DNA of 64,000 bases from an uncultured Planctomycetaceae bacterium (GTDB lineage Bacteria > Planctomycetota > Planctomycetia > Isosphaerales > Isosphaeraceae): the NCBI GenBank assembly GCA_963833985.1, contig CAWIAD010000001.1:2816001-2880000 (forward strand), written 5' to 3'. The notes below the pieces were generated by a model. It had not been told where the DNA came from, did not search any database, and worked only from the letters and a program-made list of their open reading frames with translations. Made by a program: the position numbers and the translations under genes. Shown piece by piece: positions 21,016-33,863 of this stretch; positions within the stretch are counted from its first letter, which is position 1; each line of letters opens with the position of its first letter.

Positions 21016-21394
21016 GGAGACGTTCGACTTTCTGGGTTATACCCTCGGCCGGAACTACGACCGACGAACGGGCCGATCCTACATAGGGTCACGCCCATCG
21101 CGGAAGAAGATCATTCGGCTGTGCAGCGAGATCAGTGCGATGACGACGCGCCAGACCACTGGACAGGACGTCGAGATGCAGATTGGTCGGATCAATCGCA
21201 AGTTACGCGGTTGGTCCAACTATTTTCGCATCGGAACGGTGAGCCCAGCCTATCGCCAAGTCAACCACCACGTCCGCTACCGGGTACGTCAGTGGTTGTG
21301 TGCGAAGTTCAAGGTGCCGGGTCAGGGGCTCAGACGCTACCCTGACAGATACCTGCACCAGGAGTTGCATCTTTACCAGCTGCAACGAACCTAG
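20795..21394 (+). CDS. ltrA: Group II intron RT/maturase, C-terminal part (RT4-RT7, X/thumb; no endonuclease domain)
   Basis: SPLLSNIYM, YADDFVI, LTVNETKT, FDFLGY, LRGWSNYF. Confidence 0.93.
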   Translation, partial: SPLLSNIYMRRFVKGWKTGGHERRLVARIVNYADDFVICCRGTAEEAMTVMRKMMSRLKLTVNETKTRLCHLPEETFDFLGYTLGRNYDRRTGRSYIGSRPSRKKIIRLCSEISAMTTRQTTGQDVEMQIGRINRKLRGWSNYFRIGTVSPAYRQVNHHVRYRVRQWLCAKFKVPGQGLRRYPDRYLHQELHLYQLQRT

Positions 21395-21674
21395 CCGCGA
21401 TGGTTTCGTGAGCGAACGTGTGAACTCAACCGATGAGACAAGCCTTGTCCGAAAGCTGGATGCGGGAAAACCGCCCGTCCAGTTTGATGAGCGGGGTGTG
21501 GAAACGAGGCCCAGCCGAGCCATCGACTCGAGCCCACCGCGCCACACCTCGACTCTACTTCTTGTCTCTTCAATGATTATGCGCGCTACCGGCAAACGAC
21601 TACGGGATGCGCAAGGCGAGTGGAGTCATTCCTGTTTATGATTGCCATCCTGCTGGCGACTTGCAGGCCTTGCT

Positions 21675-23843
21675 TCACTTTCCTGGGGACGCGCCTTTCT
21701 TCTCGCTCTTTTCCTCGGCACGGCCGAAGGCGGAGAAAAGCTCCGGAGGAACGGTCAGGTCGACGGCCTTGCAGACCTCGATCAGGAGCTGGCCCTCAGA
21801 GGCCTGGAGGCTGGAGAAACGTGTGGATTCCGCGGCTCCGAACTTATCGGTGGCGGCCAGCGCCCTCAGCTTTTCCAGGTTCTCGGCAAGCTGGCCCACC
21901 TTCTGCCGCACGGGCTCGGAGACGAGGGGGTCTTGCTTGACCTGGTCAATCTCGGCCTTGAGCCGCAGCGAGCCGCGCGTCTCGAAGCGGGCGATGGCGG
22001 CGGCGTAGAGATCTTCCAGTTGCACGGTGCTGCCCTTGGGATCGGCTTTCTGCTTCTGCCGGCGGGCGATCGATGAGCAGAAGAGTGCCCCGACGCCGCC
22101 GACCTCCTTGATGGCCAGAATCAAACGGTGCCGCGAACCCTGGCGCTGGATGGCGTCTTCCGGCAGGCTGTCCACCTTCCCGAGCGCGAGGTTCAGGTCC
22201 TCAACCGGAATGCAGAACGCGAGTGACTCCTGCTCGGCGCTCTTGCGCGTGACCACACCAATCACCTCACCGGCCGAGTTGAACACGGGACCACCCGAGT
22301 TCCCGGGGTTGACGGCAATGGTGAGCTGATAGTAGCGCTGGCGCTCGATGCTGGTGCGCGTGCTCATGAGCCCGCGGCTGATGGCGTTCTCGAGGATCAG
22401 CTCTTCGCCCGCGCCGGGGTTGCCGATCACGGTCACGTCTTCCCCCTTGCGGAACCGGTAGGAACTGACGATACGCAGAGGCGGCAGCGTGGACTTGACG
22501 CGCAGAAACGCCAGGTCGCGGTGCGTGTCCTCGTAGAGCAGTTCCGCGAGCAGCGGGCCCTGTTGCGCTTTCTCGGCAGAGGGGAAACGCACCCGCAGCG
22601 TGGTAATGAACTCGCCGTCGATCACGTGTGCGTTGGTCGCGAGGATTCCCGGCCGGACCAGGAAGCCGGTTCCCACCGAGCCGTCCCCGCTGATGAGTGC
22701 GATCGATGGCTCTGACTCGGCCGCGATCTCGGCAGCGGAGAGCGAGCGCGCGGCGGTCGGAGCAGGAGCAACACCCGGAACGTTGCCCCGCGTGGAAGCC
22801 CCCGCGCTGGCCGAGAGCCCAGCGCTCGGCGTCGTGCCCGCCGGCATGGCGGGCCTGGCCGTGCCCGTCCCGGTGCGGCCCGCCTTGGCCCGCGCGCTCG
22901 CCGCGATCATTTCCTTCTGCGAGACCAGCTTCAGGCCCGAGAGCCAGTGCATGAGGTTCAGCGCGAACTGGCGGTTGTCCGTGCCGGGCACGTTCATACC
23001 CATGTGTAAGCCTCCCTGCCGGCCCTGGATCTGGGCGGAGAGCATGGCGGCCTCGCCGAGCGCCACCACCCTGCCTTTGCCGAGCTCGAACGCCAGGCCC
23101 TGGGCACGCCCCGCCGCCGGCCCGTTGCGGCCCGGCCGGTTGGGACGCGACTGGTCGAACGCCGAGCGCGCCAGCTTCAGCAGGGCCACCGAGCCTGCGG
23201 GGCCCTTGAGCGACTGCCCGGTGAAGGTGACAACCCGGTCGATGCGCTCCGAGCCGTCGCGGCCCATGAGGATCGGATGGTCGCCCAGCAACCCGTTGAG
23301 GCGGGAGTAATTGAGCTGAGCGGGGAATCCGCGCTCGGCGTTGGTGGGGTCGAGGGTCATGCTCCGGCCCATCTCGATGCCCAGCTTGGAGGCCAGGATG
23401 TCGCACGCTGCGCCCCAGGGGTGGTGATCGGCGATCAGCAGCAGCGCTCCTCCCTCCTGGACCCAGTCGCGCACAGCCTTGCATTCGGCCGGCTCGAAGG
23501 CGGCGCTGGCCACTCTCGGGTCTTGCATCAGCGCCTCGCCCTGGGCGTTGGAAATCACCAGGATGGCGCAGTTCTTGAGCGTCCCGGGTGTGAATTTCTC
23601 GCGGTTCGCCTCGACCGTGAAACCATCGTTCGTGAGCAGGTCGGCCAGCGGCTTGTAGCGGTTGCCCGCGGTGTGAAAATTATGGTGAGCCTCGTCGATG
23701 AACACGACGGGGTGGCGATCGGTGTAAGCAGGCCGCTCCACCTTCGCGTCGAACTCAGGGTCGGGGAACTGCTGGGCCAGCGCCCCGTGCGGGACGCTCA
23801 CGAGCATGGCGATGGCGCCCAAGACCAGTGCGACGCGTGACAT
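21675..23843 (-). CDS. Secreted trypsin-like (S1C) serine protease with an N-terminal GATase-like/DUF4350-like domain
   Basis: Signal peptide; IDEAHHNFH..GGALLLIADH domain; GTGF, TNAHV, DLAFL, NPGNSGGP. Confidence 0.8.
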   Translation of the reverse strand: MSRVALVLGAIAMLVSVPHGALAQQFPDPEFDAKVERPAYTDRHPVVFIDEAHHNFHTAGNRYKPLADLLTNDGFTVEANREKFTPGTLKNCAILVISNAQGEALMQDPRVASAAFEPAECKAVRDWVQEGGALLLIADHHPWGAACDILASKLGIEMGRSMTLDPTNAERGFPAQLNYSRLNGLLGDHPILMGRDGSERIDRVVTFTGQSLKGPAGSVALLKLARSAFDQSRPNRPGRNGPAAGRAQGLAFELGKGRVVALGEAAMLSAQIQGRQGGLHMGMNVPGTDNRQFALNLMHWLSGLKLVSQKEMIAASARAKAGRTGTGTARPAMPAGTTPSAGLSASAGASTRGNVPGVAPAPTAARSLSAAEIAAESEPSIALISGDGSVGTGFLVRPGILATNAHVIDGEFITTLRVRFPSAEKAQQGPLLAELLYEDTHRDLAFLRVKSTLPPLRIVSSYRFRKGEDVTVIGNPGAGEELILENAISRGLMSTRTSIERQRYYQLTIAVNPGNSGGPVFNSAGEVIGVVTRKSAEQESLAFCIPVEDLNLALGKVDSLPEDAIQRQGSRHRLILAIKEVGGVGALFCSSIARRQKQKADPKGSTVQLEDLYAAAIARFETRGSLRLKAEIDQVKQDPLVSEPVRQKVGQLAENLEKLRALAATDKFGAAESTRFSSLQASEGQLLIEVCKAVDLTVPPELFSAFGRAEEKSEKKGASPGK

Positions 23844-24043
23844 GGCCGGTCCTCACAGGAGAGAAGGTTGATGATTTTCCAGATTAAGTTCGTGACTTCC
23901 GCGTGCACAATAGGTGCGGGGATTCCGCCCGCAGCTCGGGTCGATCCGCAAGCCAAGCGTCTGGTAACCTGGAAAGCCTATCGAAACTCAGGATCCCGAT
24001 CCGTCACGGTCCATCCAGGTCCGGCTCCAGATCGAGAGTGTTC

Positions 24044-25847
<1,804 letters not shown>

Positions 25848-26042
25848 CCCCCGCGCCGCATCGAGTGCTCGAATCACGCGGGTTTCATCAAAAAAAGGCA
25901 AAAAGGTGCCTTGCGGAATGATGCGCTCGTGTACCATAACGTGGTGCTGGCGCCGTCCACATCATGCCTGGGAGCCGTCTGCTTCCCGGGCTTTCGCGTG
26001 CAGACGAGCTTCCCGGCGCGTGTGAGGCTCAGGGAGGAAACA

Positions 26043-26683
26043 GTGCACTCGGTTCACGTGTCTGCTCATCCCGTCGTGCGGCACAAACTCTCGATGCTGC
26101 GCGACGTCCGCACCGGTCCGCCAGAGTTTCGCCACCTGGTGCGTACGCTGGCCGTGCTGATTGCGGCCGAGGCCACGGCCGACCTGCCTGCGCGAGACCG
26201 AGGTCACGACGCCCCTGGGACTGGCCGCCGGCCGGGTGCTGGCCGACGTCGTCGGCATCGTTCCTGTCCTGCGCGGGGCTGGGCATGGCCGAGGGGATCC
26301 TCGACCTCATCCCGGAAGCCGAGGTCTGGCACATCGGCCTCTTCCGCGACGAGACCACGCTCCGGCCGACCGAGTACTACAACAAGTTCCCCCAGCGCCC
26401 GCGAATCACGCTGGGACTGGTGGTCGACCCCATGCTGGCCACCGGCGGCTCGGCGGTACGCACCTGCGAGATCCTCAAGGCCGCCGGCGTGCCCCGGCTC
26501 AAGCTGCTGACGCTCATTGCCGCCCCGGAAGGGATCGCACGGATGAACCGGGCCATGCCCGACGTGCCGATCCATGTCGGCGCCATCGACGAGCGGCTCA
26601 ACGACGTGGGCTTCATCCACCCCGGCCTGGGCGATGCCGGCGACCGACAATTCGCGACCGGCACGGAGGCTGCCGGAACATGA
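26043..26683 (+). CDS. upp: Uracil phosphoribosyltransferase (apparent frameshifts near 26190 and 26272)
   Basis: HPVVRHKLSMLRD, VTTPL, VPVLR-AGLGM, HIGLFRDE, VDPMLATGGSA, PGLGDAGDR. Confidence 0.9.
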
Positions 26684-26735
26684 GCACGCGACGCATTTTC
26701 GACCCTTCTCGGCACGTGGAAAGGCTGGACCTGTC

Positions 26736-28043
26736 ATGATCCGAGCCGTCGATATCATCCGCAAGAAGCGGAATGGTGAGGAGCTCAGCCGCGCGGAGAT
26801 TGACCGCATGGTCACGGGCATCGCCACCCGAGAAGTGGCCGATTACCAGTGGTCGGCGCTGCTCATGGCCATCGTCTGGAAGGGCATGACGCATGCCGAG
26901 ACCGCCGCGCTCACCGAGGCGATGATCAACTCCGGGACCATGGTCAACCTGAGCGGCATCCCGGGCCGGAAGATCGACAAGCACAGTACCGGCGGCGTGG
27001 GCGACAAGACCTCGCTGATCCTCGGTCCCATCGTCGCGGCCGCGGGGGTCTCGGTGCCCATGGTCTCCGGCCGGGGGCTCGGGCATACCGGCGGCACGCT
27101 GGACAAGCTGGAATCCATCCCCGGCCTGCGCACCAACCTGGACCTGAAGGCCTACAAGGACGTGCTCAGCCGGTGCGGGCTGGTGATGATCGGCCAGACG
27201 GCCGAGATCGCCCCGGCAGACAAGTACCTCTACGGCCTCCGTGACGCCACGGCCACGGTGGAATCGATCCCGCTGCTCGCTTCCTCGATCATGTCCAAGA
27301 AGCTGGCGGAGGGGATCGACGGGCTCGTCCTGGACGTCAAGACCGGCAACGGAGCGTTCCTGGAGCGGTTCTCCGAATCGCGCAAGCTGGCCGAGACCAT
27401 GTGCGCCATCGGCCGCAGCATGGGCAAGCGCGTGGTCGCGCTCATCACCCGCATGGACCAGCCCCTGGGCCTCGCCGTGGGCAACGCGGTGGAAGTGGCC
27501 GAGAGCATTGAATGCCTGCGCGGCAAGGGGCCCTTCGACCTCATGGAGGTCACCATCGAGCTCGCGGCCGAGATGATTGTGATGGGCGAGCGCGGCGAAC
27601 CTGCACGAGGGCGCGGGATCTGCCGGCGGCTCATCGCCGACGGCCGCGCGCTCGAGCGGCTGCGGCGAATGGTCGAGGCCCAGGGAGGCAACCCCCGCGT
27701 CGTCGACGACCCCACCCTTCTGCCCGCCCCGCGCCGGCGCATCGAGGTGACGTCGTCGCGCAACGGAATCATCGGCAAGCTGGCGGCGCGGCCCATCGGG
27801 CACGCCACCATGCTGCTGGGCGCGGGGCGGCCGCGCATGGAATCCTCCGTCGACCATGCCGTGGGCATCCTGCTGCACAAGAAGACCGGCGACCATGTCG
27901 TGGAGGGGGAACCGCTGTGCACGTTGCTGGTCAACGACGAGACTTATCTTGAGGAAGTCACCGCCCTGGTTGCAAAAGCCTACGTGCTGGCCGACGATGA
28001 GATGACGGTTCCCGAGCAGGTCCTCGAACGGCTCAACGGTTGA
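26736..28043 (+). CDS. pdp: Pyrimidine-nucleoside / thymidine phosphorylase
   Basis: DKHSTGGVGDK, SGRGLGHTGGTLDKLESIPG, LRDATATV, SIMSKKLAEG. Confidence 0.93.
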   Translation: MIRAVDIIRKKRNGEELSRAEIDRMVTGIATREVADYQWSALLMAIVWKGMTHAETAALTEAMINSGTMVNLSGIPGRKIDKHSTGGVGDKTSLILGPIVAAAGVSVPMVSGRGLGHTGGTLDKLESIPGLRTNLDLKAYKDVLSRCGLVMIGQTAEIAPADKYLYGLRDATATVESIPLLASSIMSKKLAEGIDGLVLDVKTGNGAFLERFSESRKLAETMCAIGRSMGKRVVALITRMDQPLGLAVGNAVEVAESIECLRGKGPFDLMEVTIELAAEMIVMGERGEPARGRGICRRLIADGRALERLRRMVEAQGGNPRVVDDPTLLPAPRRRIEVTSSRNGIIGKLAARPIGHATMLLGAGRPRMESSVDHAVGILLHKKTGDHVVEGEPLCTLLVNDETYLEEVTALVAKAYVLADDEMTVPEQVLERLNG

Positions 28044-28067
28044 CCCGGGCTCCCCAGGCTGTGGCGG

Positions 28068-29567
28068 ATGCTCGTCGGAAAGGCGAAGGTGATGCTCAGG
28101 CGGCCACTTCCCGTGTTCATGGCCCTGGTACTCCTTTGCTTGACGCATGGCGGCCGCTCGGCTCAGGGAGCGGAGCAGGAGGACCCATCAAAGTCCCACC
28201 CGCCCGCCGGTCCCGCAGCCGCACGGCCGGCGGGCGCGGATCGCTCCGGCGAGCGGAGCTCGACCGCGGACGAGGAATCCGTCGAGGTTCGCCGCGAGTA
28301 CGAGATCTCGCTGGGCCCCTGGTCCACCCGCATCACCCTTCCCGGCTCGACCGACCTCCTGGACCTGGCCGATCGCGCGCGCGGCCTGATGGGCATGGCC
28401 GCCATCCTGGCCGCGGCATTCTATCTCTCGGAGAACCGCCGCGCCGTGTCCTGGCGGGTCGTCTTCTGGGGTCTGTCCCTCCAGTGGCTCTTCGCCATCC
28501 TGGTCCTGCGCGTGCCTGCCGGCGTGCGTGTCCTGCGCCGGGCCGGCGACGCGGTCGAGGCGATGCTCGGCTGCGCCATGGCCGGCGCCGAGTTCGTCTT
28601 CGGCAAGGACATGGTCGACCCCAAGGGTCCCGCCGGGTTCGTCTTCGCGTTTCGCGTCCTGCCCACGGTGATCTTCGTGGCCGCCCTGTTCGCCGTGCTC
28701 TACCATCTGGGCATCATGCAGCGCATCGTGCGGGTCGTCGCCTGGCTGATGGCCTGGCTGATGGGGACCAGCGGCGCCGAGTCGCTGAATGTGGCCGCAT
28801 CGCTCTTCCTGGGACAGACCGAGGCCCCGCTCACCATCCGCCCCTACCTGCCAACCTTGACCAACTCCGAACTGCTGACGGTGATGACCGCGGGCATGGC
28901 CCACGTCTCCGGCGGGGTGATGGCGGCCTACTTCGCTTACGGGGTCGAGCCGCGCCACCTGATCACGGCCGTGATCATGACCGCGCCCGGGGCCATCCTG
29001 CTCTCCAAGCTGCTGCTGCCGGAAACCGGCAAGCCCGAGACGCTGGGCCATGTGCAAGCCGCCGAGGAACACCCCGACGCGAACATCCTGGACGCGGCCG
29101 CCCGCGGCACCCGCGACGGCCTGCACCTGGCGCTCAACATCGCCGCCATGCTCATCGCCTTCCTGGGCCTGATCGCACTCGTGAATCTGGGCCTGGGAAA
29201 GTTCGGTACGTCCCTCCAGTCGCTCTTCGGCTGGATCCTCTCCCCGGTGGCCTACCTGCTGGGCGTCCCCTGGGAAGACTGCCGGGCCGTGGGGGGCCTG
29301 CTGGGCACGCGCACCGTGCTCAACGAGCTGATCGCGTTCCAGGAGCTGGGCAAGCTGCACGGCCAGCTCATCGAGCGCTCGTTCGTGATCTCCAGCTTTG
29401 CCCTCTGCGGGTTCGCCAACTTCAGCTCGATCGGCATCCAGCTCGGCGGCATCGGCGCCCTGGCGCCGGAGCGCCGGCATGACCTGGCGCGCCTGGGCTT
29501 CCGCGCCCTCCTGGCCGGAACCCTGGCCAACTTCCTCTCGGCCTGCATCGCGGGGGTCTTGCTATGA
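28068..29567 (+). CDS. nupC: CNT-family Na+/H+:nucleoside symporter with N-terminal extension
   Basis: [43 protein letters not shown]. Confidence 0.92.
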   Translation: MLVGKAKVMLRRPLPVFMALVLLCLTHGGRSAQGAEQEDPSKSHPPAGPAAARPAGADRSGERSSTADEESVEVRREYEISLGPWSTRITLPGSTDLLDLADRARGLMGMAAILAAAFYLSENRRAVSWRVVFWGLSLQWLFAILVLRVPAGVRVLRRAGDAVEAMLGCAMAGAEFVFGKDMVDPKGPAGFVFAFRVLPTVIFVAALFAVLYHLGIMQRIVRVVAWLMAWLMGTSGAESLNVAASLFLGQTEAPLTIRPYLPTLTNSELLTVMTAGMAHVSGGVMAAYFAYGVEPRHLITAVIMTAPGAILLSKLLLPETGKPETLGHVQAAEEHPDANILDAAARGTRDGLHLALNIAAMLIAFLGLIALVNLGLGKFGTSLQSLFGWILSPVAYLLGVPWEDCRAVGGLLGTRTVLNELIAFQELGKLHGQLIERSFVISSFALCGFANFSSIGIQLGGIGALAPERRHDLARLGFRALLAGTLANFLSACIAGVLL

Positions 29568-30460
29568 GCGCTGGTTCGGTGGACGTCGCGGCGTGGGCCG
29601 CGGAGGCGGCGAACGCCATCCGGGCCCTGGTCCCCGAGGTCCCTCCCGTCGCGGTGATCCTGGGCTCGGGCCTGGGCGGGCTGGCCAGCGGTCTGAGCGA
29701 CGCGGTCCAGGTTCCTTACGCCAGGATCCCCCACTTCCCAGCGACGTCCGTGATCGGCCACGCCGGGAACCTGGTCGCGGGCCACTTCGACGGCGCGGGA
29801 GTCCTCATCCTCCAGGGACGCTTTCACTACTACGAAGGCCACGACCTGAACGTGGTCACCTTTCCTGTGCGGGTGCTCCAGTTCCTGGGCGTGAAGACCC
29901 TCATCCTGACGGCGGCCACCGGCGGCATCCGCGCCGAGCTGCGGCCGGGGAACCTGGTCTGCCTCTCGGACCACCTGAACCTGCTGGGCGCCAACCCGCT
30001 GCGCGGTCCGAACGACGATCGGCTGGGCCCGCGGTTCCCTGATATGACCGAGGTTTATGCGAAGCGGCTGCGCACGCTGGCCCGAGAGGAAGGGCGCCGG
30101 CTGGGCATCAACCTCATCCCCGGCGTCTACGCCTGCCTGCCCGGCCCCAGCTTCGAGACGCCCGCCGAGATCCGCATGCTCCAGGCGCTCGGGGCCGACG
30201 TGGTGGGCATGTCCACGGTCCCCGAAGCTATCGTGGCGCGGCAGGCCGGCATGGAGGTCCTGGCCTTCGCGCTCGTGACCAATGCCGCCGCCGGCGTGGT
30301 GGGCACGCCGATCACGCACGAGGAGGTGCTGGAAGCGGGCAAGAGGTCCGGACCCTTGCTCGGCAAGCTGATCCGCCGGGTGGTGATGAAGCTCGCAGGC
30401 GCGGAGCCCGGGAAGACGGGCCTCACCGGAGATTTTCCGACGCTTGGAACCGGGCATTGA
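29564..30460 (+). CDS. punA: Purine nucleoside phosphorylase (trimeric type)
   Basis: [44 protein letters not shown]. Confidence 0.92.
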   Translation: MSAGSVDVAAWAAEAANAIRALVPEVPPVAVILGSGLGGLASGLSDAVQVPYARIPHFPATSVIGHAGNLVAGHFDGAGVLILQGRFHYYEGHDLNVVTFPVRVLQFLGVKTLILTAATGGIRAELRPGNLVCLSDHLNLLGANPLRGPNDDRLGPRFPDMTEVYAKRLRTLAREEGRRLGINLIPGVYACLPGPSFETPAEIRMLQALGADVVGMSTVPEAIVARQAGMEVLAFALVTNAAAGVVGTPITHEEVLEAGKRSGPLLGKLIRRVVMKLAGAEPGKTGLTGDFPTLGTGH

Positions 30461-30486
30461 AGCTCTGGATCCTCTGGAGTAGTTGC

Positions 30487-30575
30487 GTAGGGTGGGTCAG
30501 CGCAGCGCAACCCACCAGTTGGCACACATTGCTGGAGCTGTTGCGTATGGTGGGTCAGCGCAGCGCAACCACCGA
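30487..30575 (+). repeat. Two GTAG-type REP-like palindromes
   Basis: gtagggtgggtcagcgcagcgcaacccacc and gtatggtgggtcagcgcagcgcaacccacc; a third copy lies near 31899-31930. Confidence 0.75.
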
Positions 30576-30612
30576 TTGGCACTTTCAGAAGCCGGCAGAA
30601 ATCACGCACCGC

Positions 30613-31299
30613 TCAACCATCGAGCCGCTGTTCCAGCCGGCTCACCAGCGCAGGCACGTCATACCCGGCCAAACTGTCGACCACCTCATCGGCGCCGGCC
30701 TCCCGGAGCGGGCCGGCGGGATGCGAGTTCGTCACGCCCACCGCGTACATGCCCGCGGCCTTCGCGGCGCGGATGCCCACCGGGGCGTCCTCGAAAACGA
30801 CCGCGCGCGTCGGGGCGATGCCGGCCTTCTCGGCCGCGACCAGGAAGACCTGCGGATCGGGCTTGCCGCGCGTGATGTCTTCGAGCGCGGCGATGGCCGC
30901 AAACCGGCTCTCGAGCCCGCACTCGCGGATGGTCAGCTCAAGGTTCTCGCGCACGCCGCTGGAGCCGATGGCCAGCCGCACGCCCTGGGCCGTGAGTGCG
31001 TCGAGCACCTCGCGCACGCCGTCCATGAGCGCGATCTTCCCCGTGGCCACGGCGCGGTAGCACTCCTCCTTCTCATCGGTGTGCCGGGCGATCTCGGCAT
31101 CCGTGATCGCGTCGCCCTCGAGCAGCCGGAGGATACTCGGATTGGTCATGCCGAAGGTCTGGTGGATGAACTCCGCGGTGATCGCCAGCCCGCTCCGCCG
31201 GCCGTATTCCAGCCAGGCGGCCTGATGGAGCGCCAGGGTATCGACAAGCACGCCGTCGTGATCGAAGATTGCCAGAACCAGCCGATCGTCTCCAGACAC
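30613..31299 (-). CDS. HAD family phosphatase (beta-PGM-like)
   Basis: IFDHDGVLVDT, GSS, GKPDP, VFEDAPVGIRAAKAAGM. Confidence 0.9.
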   Translation of the reverse strand: MSGDDRLVLAIFDHDGVLVDTLALHQAAWLEYGRRSGLAITAEFIHQTFGMTNPSILRLLEGDAITDAEIARHTDEKEECYRAVATGKIALMDGVREVLDALTAQGVRLAIGSSGVRENLELTIRECGLESRFAAIAALEDITRGKPDPQVFLVAAEKAGIAPTRAVVFEDAPVGIRAAKAAGMYAVGVTNSHPAGPLREAGADEVVDSLAGYDVPALVSRLEQRLDG

Positions 31300-31538
31300 T
31301 TTCCTGTCCCGTCGGTTTGCCACCGCTCGGCCCCGTCGGGCGGAACGGCAACGCACCGCTCATCGCCCCGGCCCCAGCGCCGTGCGCTGTCGCTCGATAT
31401 GACCCGACCCAGCCTACCTGAAACCCGGATCGCTCGCCATGACGGCAACCGCCTCCTCCCCAGCGCCGATCCTGCCTGGCCCGGGAGTGATGGAGAGCAC
31501 AGTCCGCAGCTTATACGTTCGTTTCTTCCGACAGTTCT

Positions 31539-31819
31539 GGACGATGCCGCGCAACCGCGCATCGTAGGGTGGCGTCGAGCGCAGCGAGGCCCACCAATTC
31601 TCCGATTCGCCGGGACGATGCCGTGCAACCGCGCATCGTAGGGTGGCGTCGAGCGCAGCGAGGCCCACCAATTCTCCGATTCGCCGGGACGATGCCGTGC
31701 AACCGCGCATCGTAGGGTGGCGTCGAGCGCAGCGAGGCCCACCAATTCTCCGATTCGCCGGGACGATGCCGTGCAACCGCGCATCGTAGGGTGGCGTCGA
31801 GCGCAGCGAGGCCCACCAA
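31539..31819 (+). repeat. Tandem repeat, 74-bp unit x ~3.8, each unit carrying a REP palindrome
   Basis: Units start at 31539, 31613, 31687 and 31761 and are nearly identical; core gtagggtggcgtcgagcgcagcgaggcccacc. Confidence 0.92.
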
Positions 31820-32023
31820 CTGGCCCCCCTCCCTCTCAGTTTACGATGAAATGACCCGGCATCCTCCCACAACGCCCCTGGCGAACGGCTCGTGGCCGCG
31901 TAGGGTGGGTCGGCGCAGCGCAACCCACCGGCTGGCAGACCCTTGCGTGCGCCGCTCGAAACCCGCCGAAAAACGTCCCGGGTCGATACCAATTGCACCC
32001 GACGATCCCTGCCGCCCGCCTTC

Positions 32024-33303
32024 CTACGGCAGGTTTCTGCGCCTGCCAGCGCCTCCTGCACTCGCTGGAAGGCCCGGCGCCGGGTTCGTCTTGTTCTGCA
32101 ACAGACCGCCGGCGTTGATCGGGGGCCTGGGCGGGCCGCCGATCCAGAAGTCGAGCACCGGAGAGGAATCGTCCAGAAGTAACGGGGCCGAGCCGCCGGG
32201 CTCGGGGCGCATCGGTCGCGGAGCCGCAGCCGACGATGGAGCCGTGGGAACAGGCGCTGACCGTGGCACGGCGGGCGGGTCGAGGTCGGATCGCGGGGCG
32301 GGCTCGGTCGCGCAGTCGCGTTCGGAGCGCCGGATCATCGGCAGATCGCGTTCCTTCCGCAAACGCTCCAGCTTTGTCCAGGCCGAGCGAAACAACCGAT
32401 CGGCGGCCGCTTCATAGCGGCGCAGGCGCGTCCCCTCGGGCCCCAGGTCCAGCTCAGCTCCCGATTGCCAGCCCTCCAGCCGCGGCCTCTCGACCGCCTC
32501 CCAGACCTCGTCATTCTGGCGTTCCAGGTCGGCGACCTGCTCCGCGATGAGCGCCCGCAATTCCGTCACCGCCTCGTCCGAGCCCGACCGGGCCTCCGGC
32601 GCAGAGCCTGCAAGCTGGCTGCCTGGCGATCCAGGTGGCGCAGCTCCGTCGGCAGGCCCAGCAGGTCCAGCGCCAGGGCCAGGTCGGCATCGGTCCAGGA
32701 GCAGCCCGGCCCGCCTTTGCCCTTCCCCTCGCCCTCGCTCTCGCCCTCGTGCTCAACCTCGCCCTCCTCGGTGCCGCGGAGGCCATTGCCCAGCAGCCGC
32801 CAGCGGCCGATCAGCCAGTCGCAGCCGGTCGAGCTGCGCATCAGGCGGATGACGGTTCCCTCCGGATCGTCGCCCAGCCGGCGGCCAAGCTCGGTCGCCG
32901 CAATCAGCTCATCCTGCTCCCAGGTGGCGAACCTGGCGGCGCTGCTGCGGGCGTCATGCTGGATGATCCGCGTGAACAGCACCTCGCGCCGCCAGGCCCC
33001 GAGCGCCATCTGCCGGACCAGCTCGCGTTCGACCGCGTTGCGCGGCCGGAAGTCGCGGCTGAACCCGGCCGCGCGGCGTTCGACCTCCGCGGCCGCGTCC
33101 GGCGGCAGGACGACCCCCGCGCCGGTGAGCCCCTCCTTGCAGCCATTGCGCCGGCTGCGTTCCTTGCCTGCCGTGGAAGTCGGCCCGCGCGACAGCCGCC
33201 CATTGGCCCGGCTGGCCTCGGCCCGTGCCCTGCTGGGACCAGGGCAAATCGTGGTGGCGGCAGTGGAAGTGGAATCGAGCGGTTCGGCGAGCGCGGCGAG
33301 CAT
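32024..33303 (-). CDS. Planctomycete-type hypothetical protein (frameshifted near 32570-32600)
   Basis: ASRANGRLSRGPTSTAGKERSRRNG..GLTG N-terminus; RLRRYEAAADRLF C-terminal part in another frame. Confidence 0.6.
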
Positions 33304-33565
33304 CGGCGGCTCCTTTTTCGAGAGGTTTGGGGCGTGTCGTACCTTTGGGGCCTTCTCCCCGCCCCGACTCATCCCACGGCCTCGTCGCCGGATTAAGCTA
33401 TTTTAAGCGATCAATCGACAAAGTCAAACTGGGCAGGTTGAGGATCTGCGCTGATCCCATCGCGAGGCGCAGGCCAGTGGTCGGGAAACGGGTCGCTTCG
33501 GCCGAAAACAGCGGTGACCACGTCTGTGTGGGCGTGGCTCGTACGGAGGCACTCTCCAGCCTCAA

Positions 33566-33678
33566 CCGTGAGGGCGGGCCGGTTCAGGGGCTGGTCGGGC
33601 TCACGCCCGAGGTTGGAGGCTCCGCCCGTCCGAACCACGGCCTGACGACCGTGGTCAACGTTGCCAGACTCCCATGCT
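33566..33678 (+). repeat. 113-bp direct repeat, copy 1 (contains a REP-like palindrome)
   Basis: Near-identical to 35903-36015; related inverted copies near 33513-33565 and 33733-33788. Confidence 0.85.
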
Positions 33679-33863
33679 GCCTGGAACTGAGTGGTCCCAG
33701 CCGAGAAGTGCGGTCACGACGTCCGTGAGATCGCGGTGACCACGTCCGTGAGGGCGTGGTTCGGACGGGGGCACCCCCCAACCTCGCCCGTAAGGGCGAT
33801 CCGGCCGGCCGTCGCTTTCGGCTTGGACTGTCCACCGGGGCGAAGCTCTGCAGTGCAGCGCCC

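Larger units (their letters stand above)
17550..21558 (+). mobile_element. Group II intron (ribozyme plus RT/maturase ORF) carrying a nested recombinase element
   Basis: 5' GTGCG at 17550. Domain V aagctggatgcgggaaaaccgcccgtccagttt at 21453-21485 (AGC triad). Domain VI ends ...cgactctAC at 21558. Candidate EBS1 TGGAAT (17766-17771) is complementary to the 5' exon end ATTCCA. Confidence 0.93.

Noticed and set aside
18081..21394. RT as retron, DGR or defence RT
   Set aside because: Group II intron boundaries, domains V/VI and the maturase X domain are present; no template/variable repeat pair or msr-msd was seen.
31539..31819. Possible CRISPR array
   Set aside because: The whole 74-bp unit repeats with identical 'spacers', the core is a REP seen elsewhere, and no cas genes are present.
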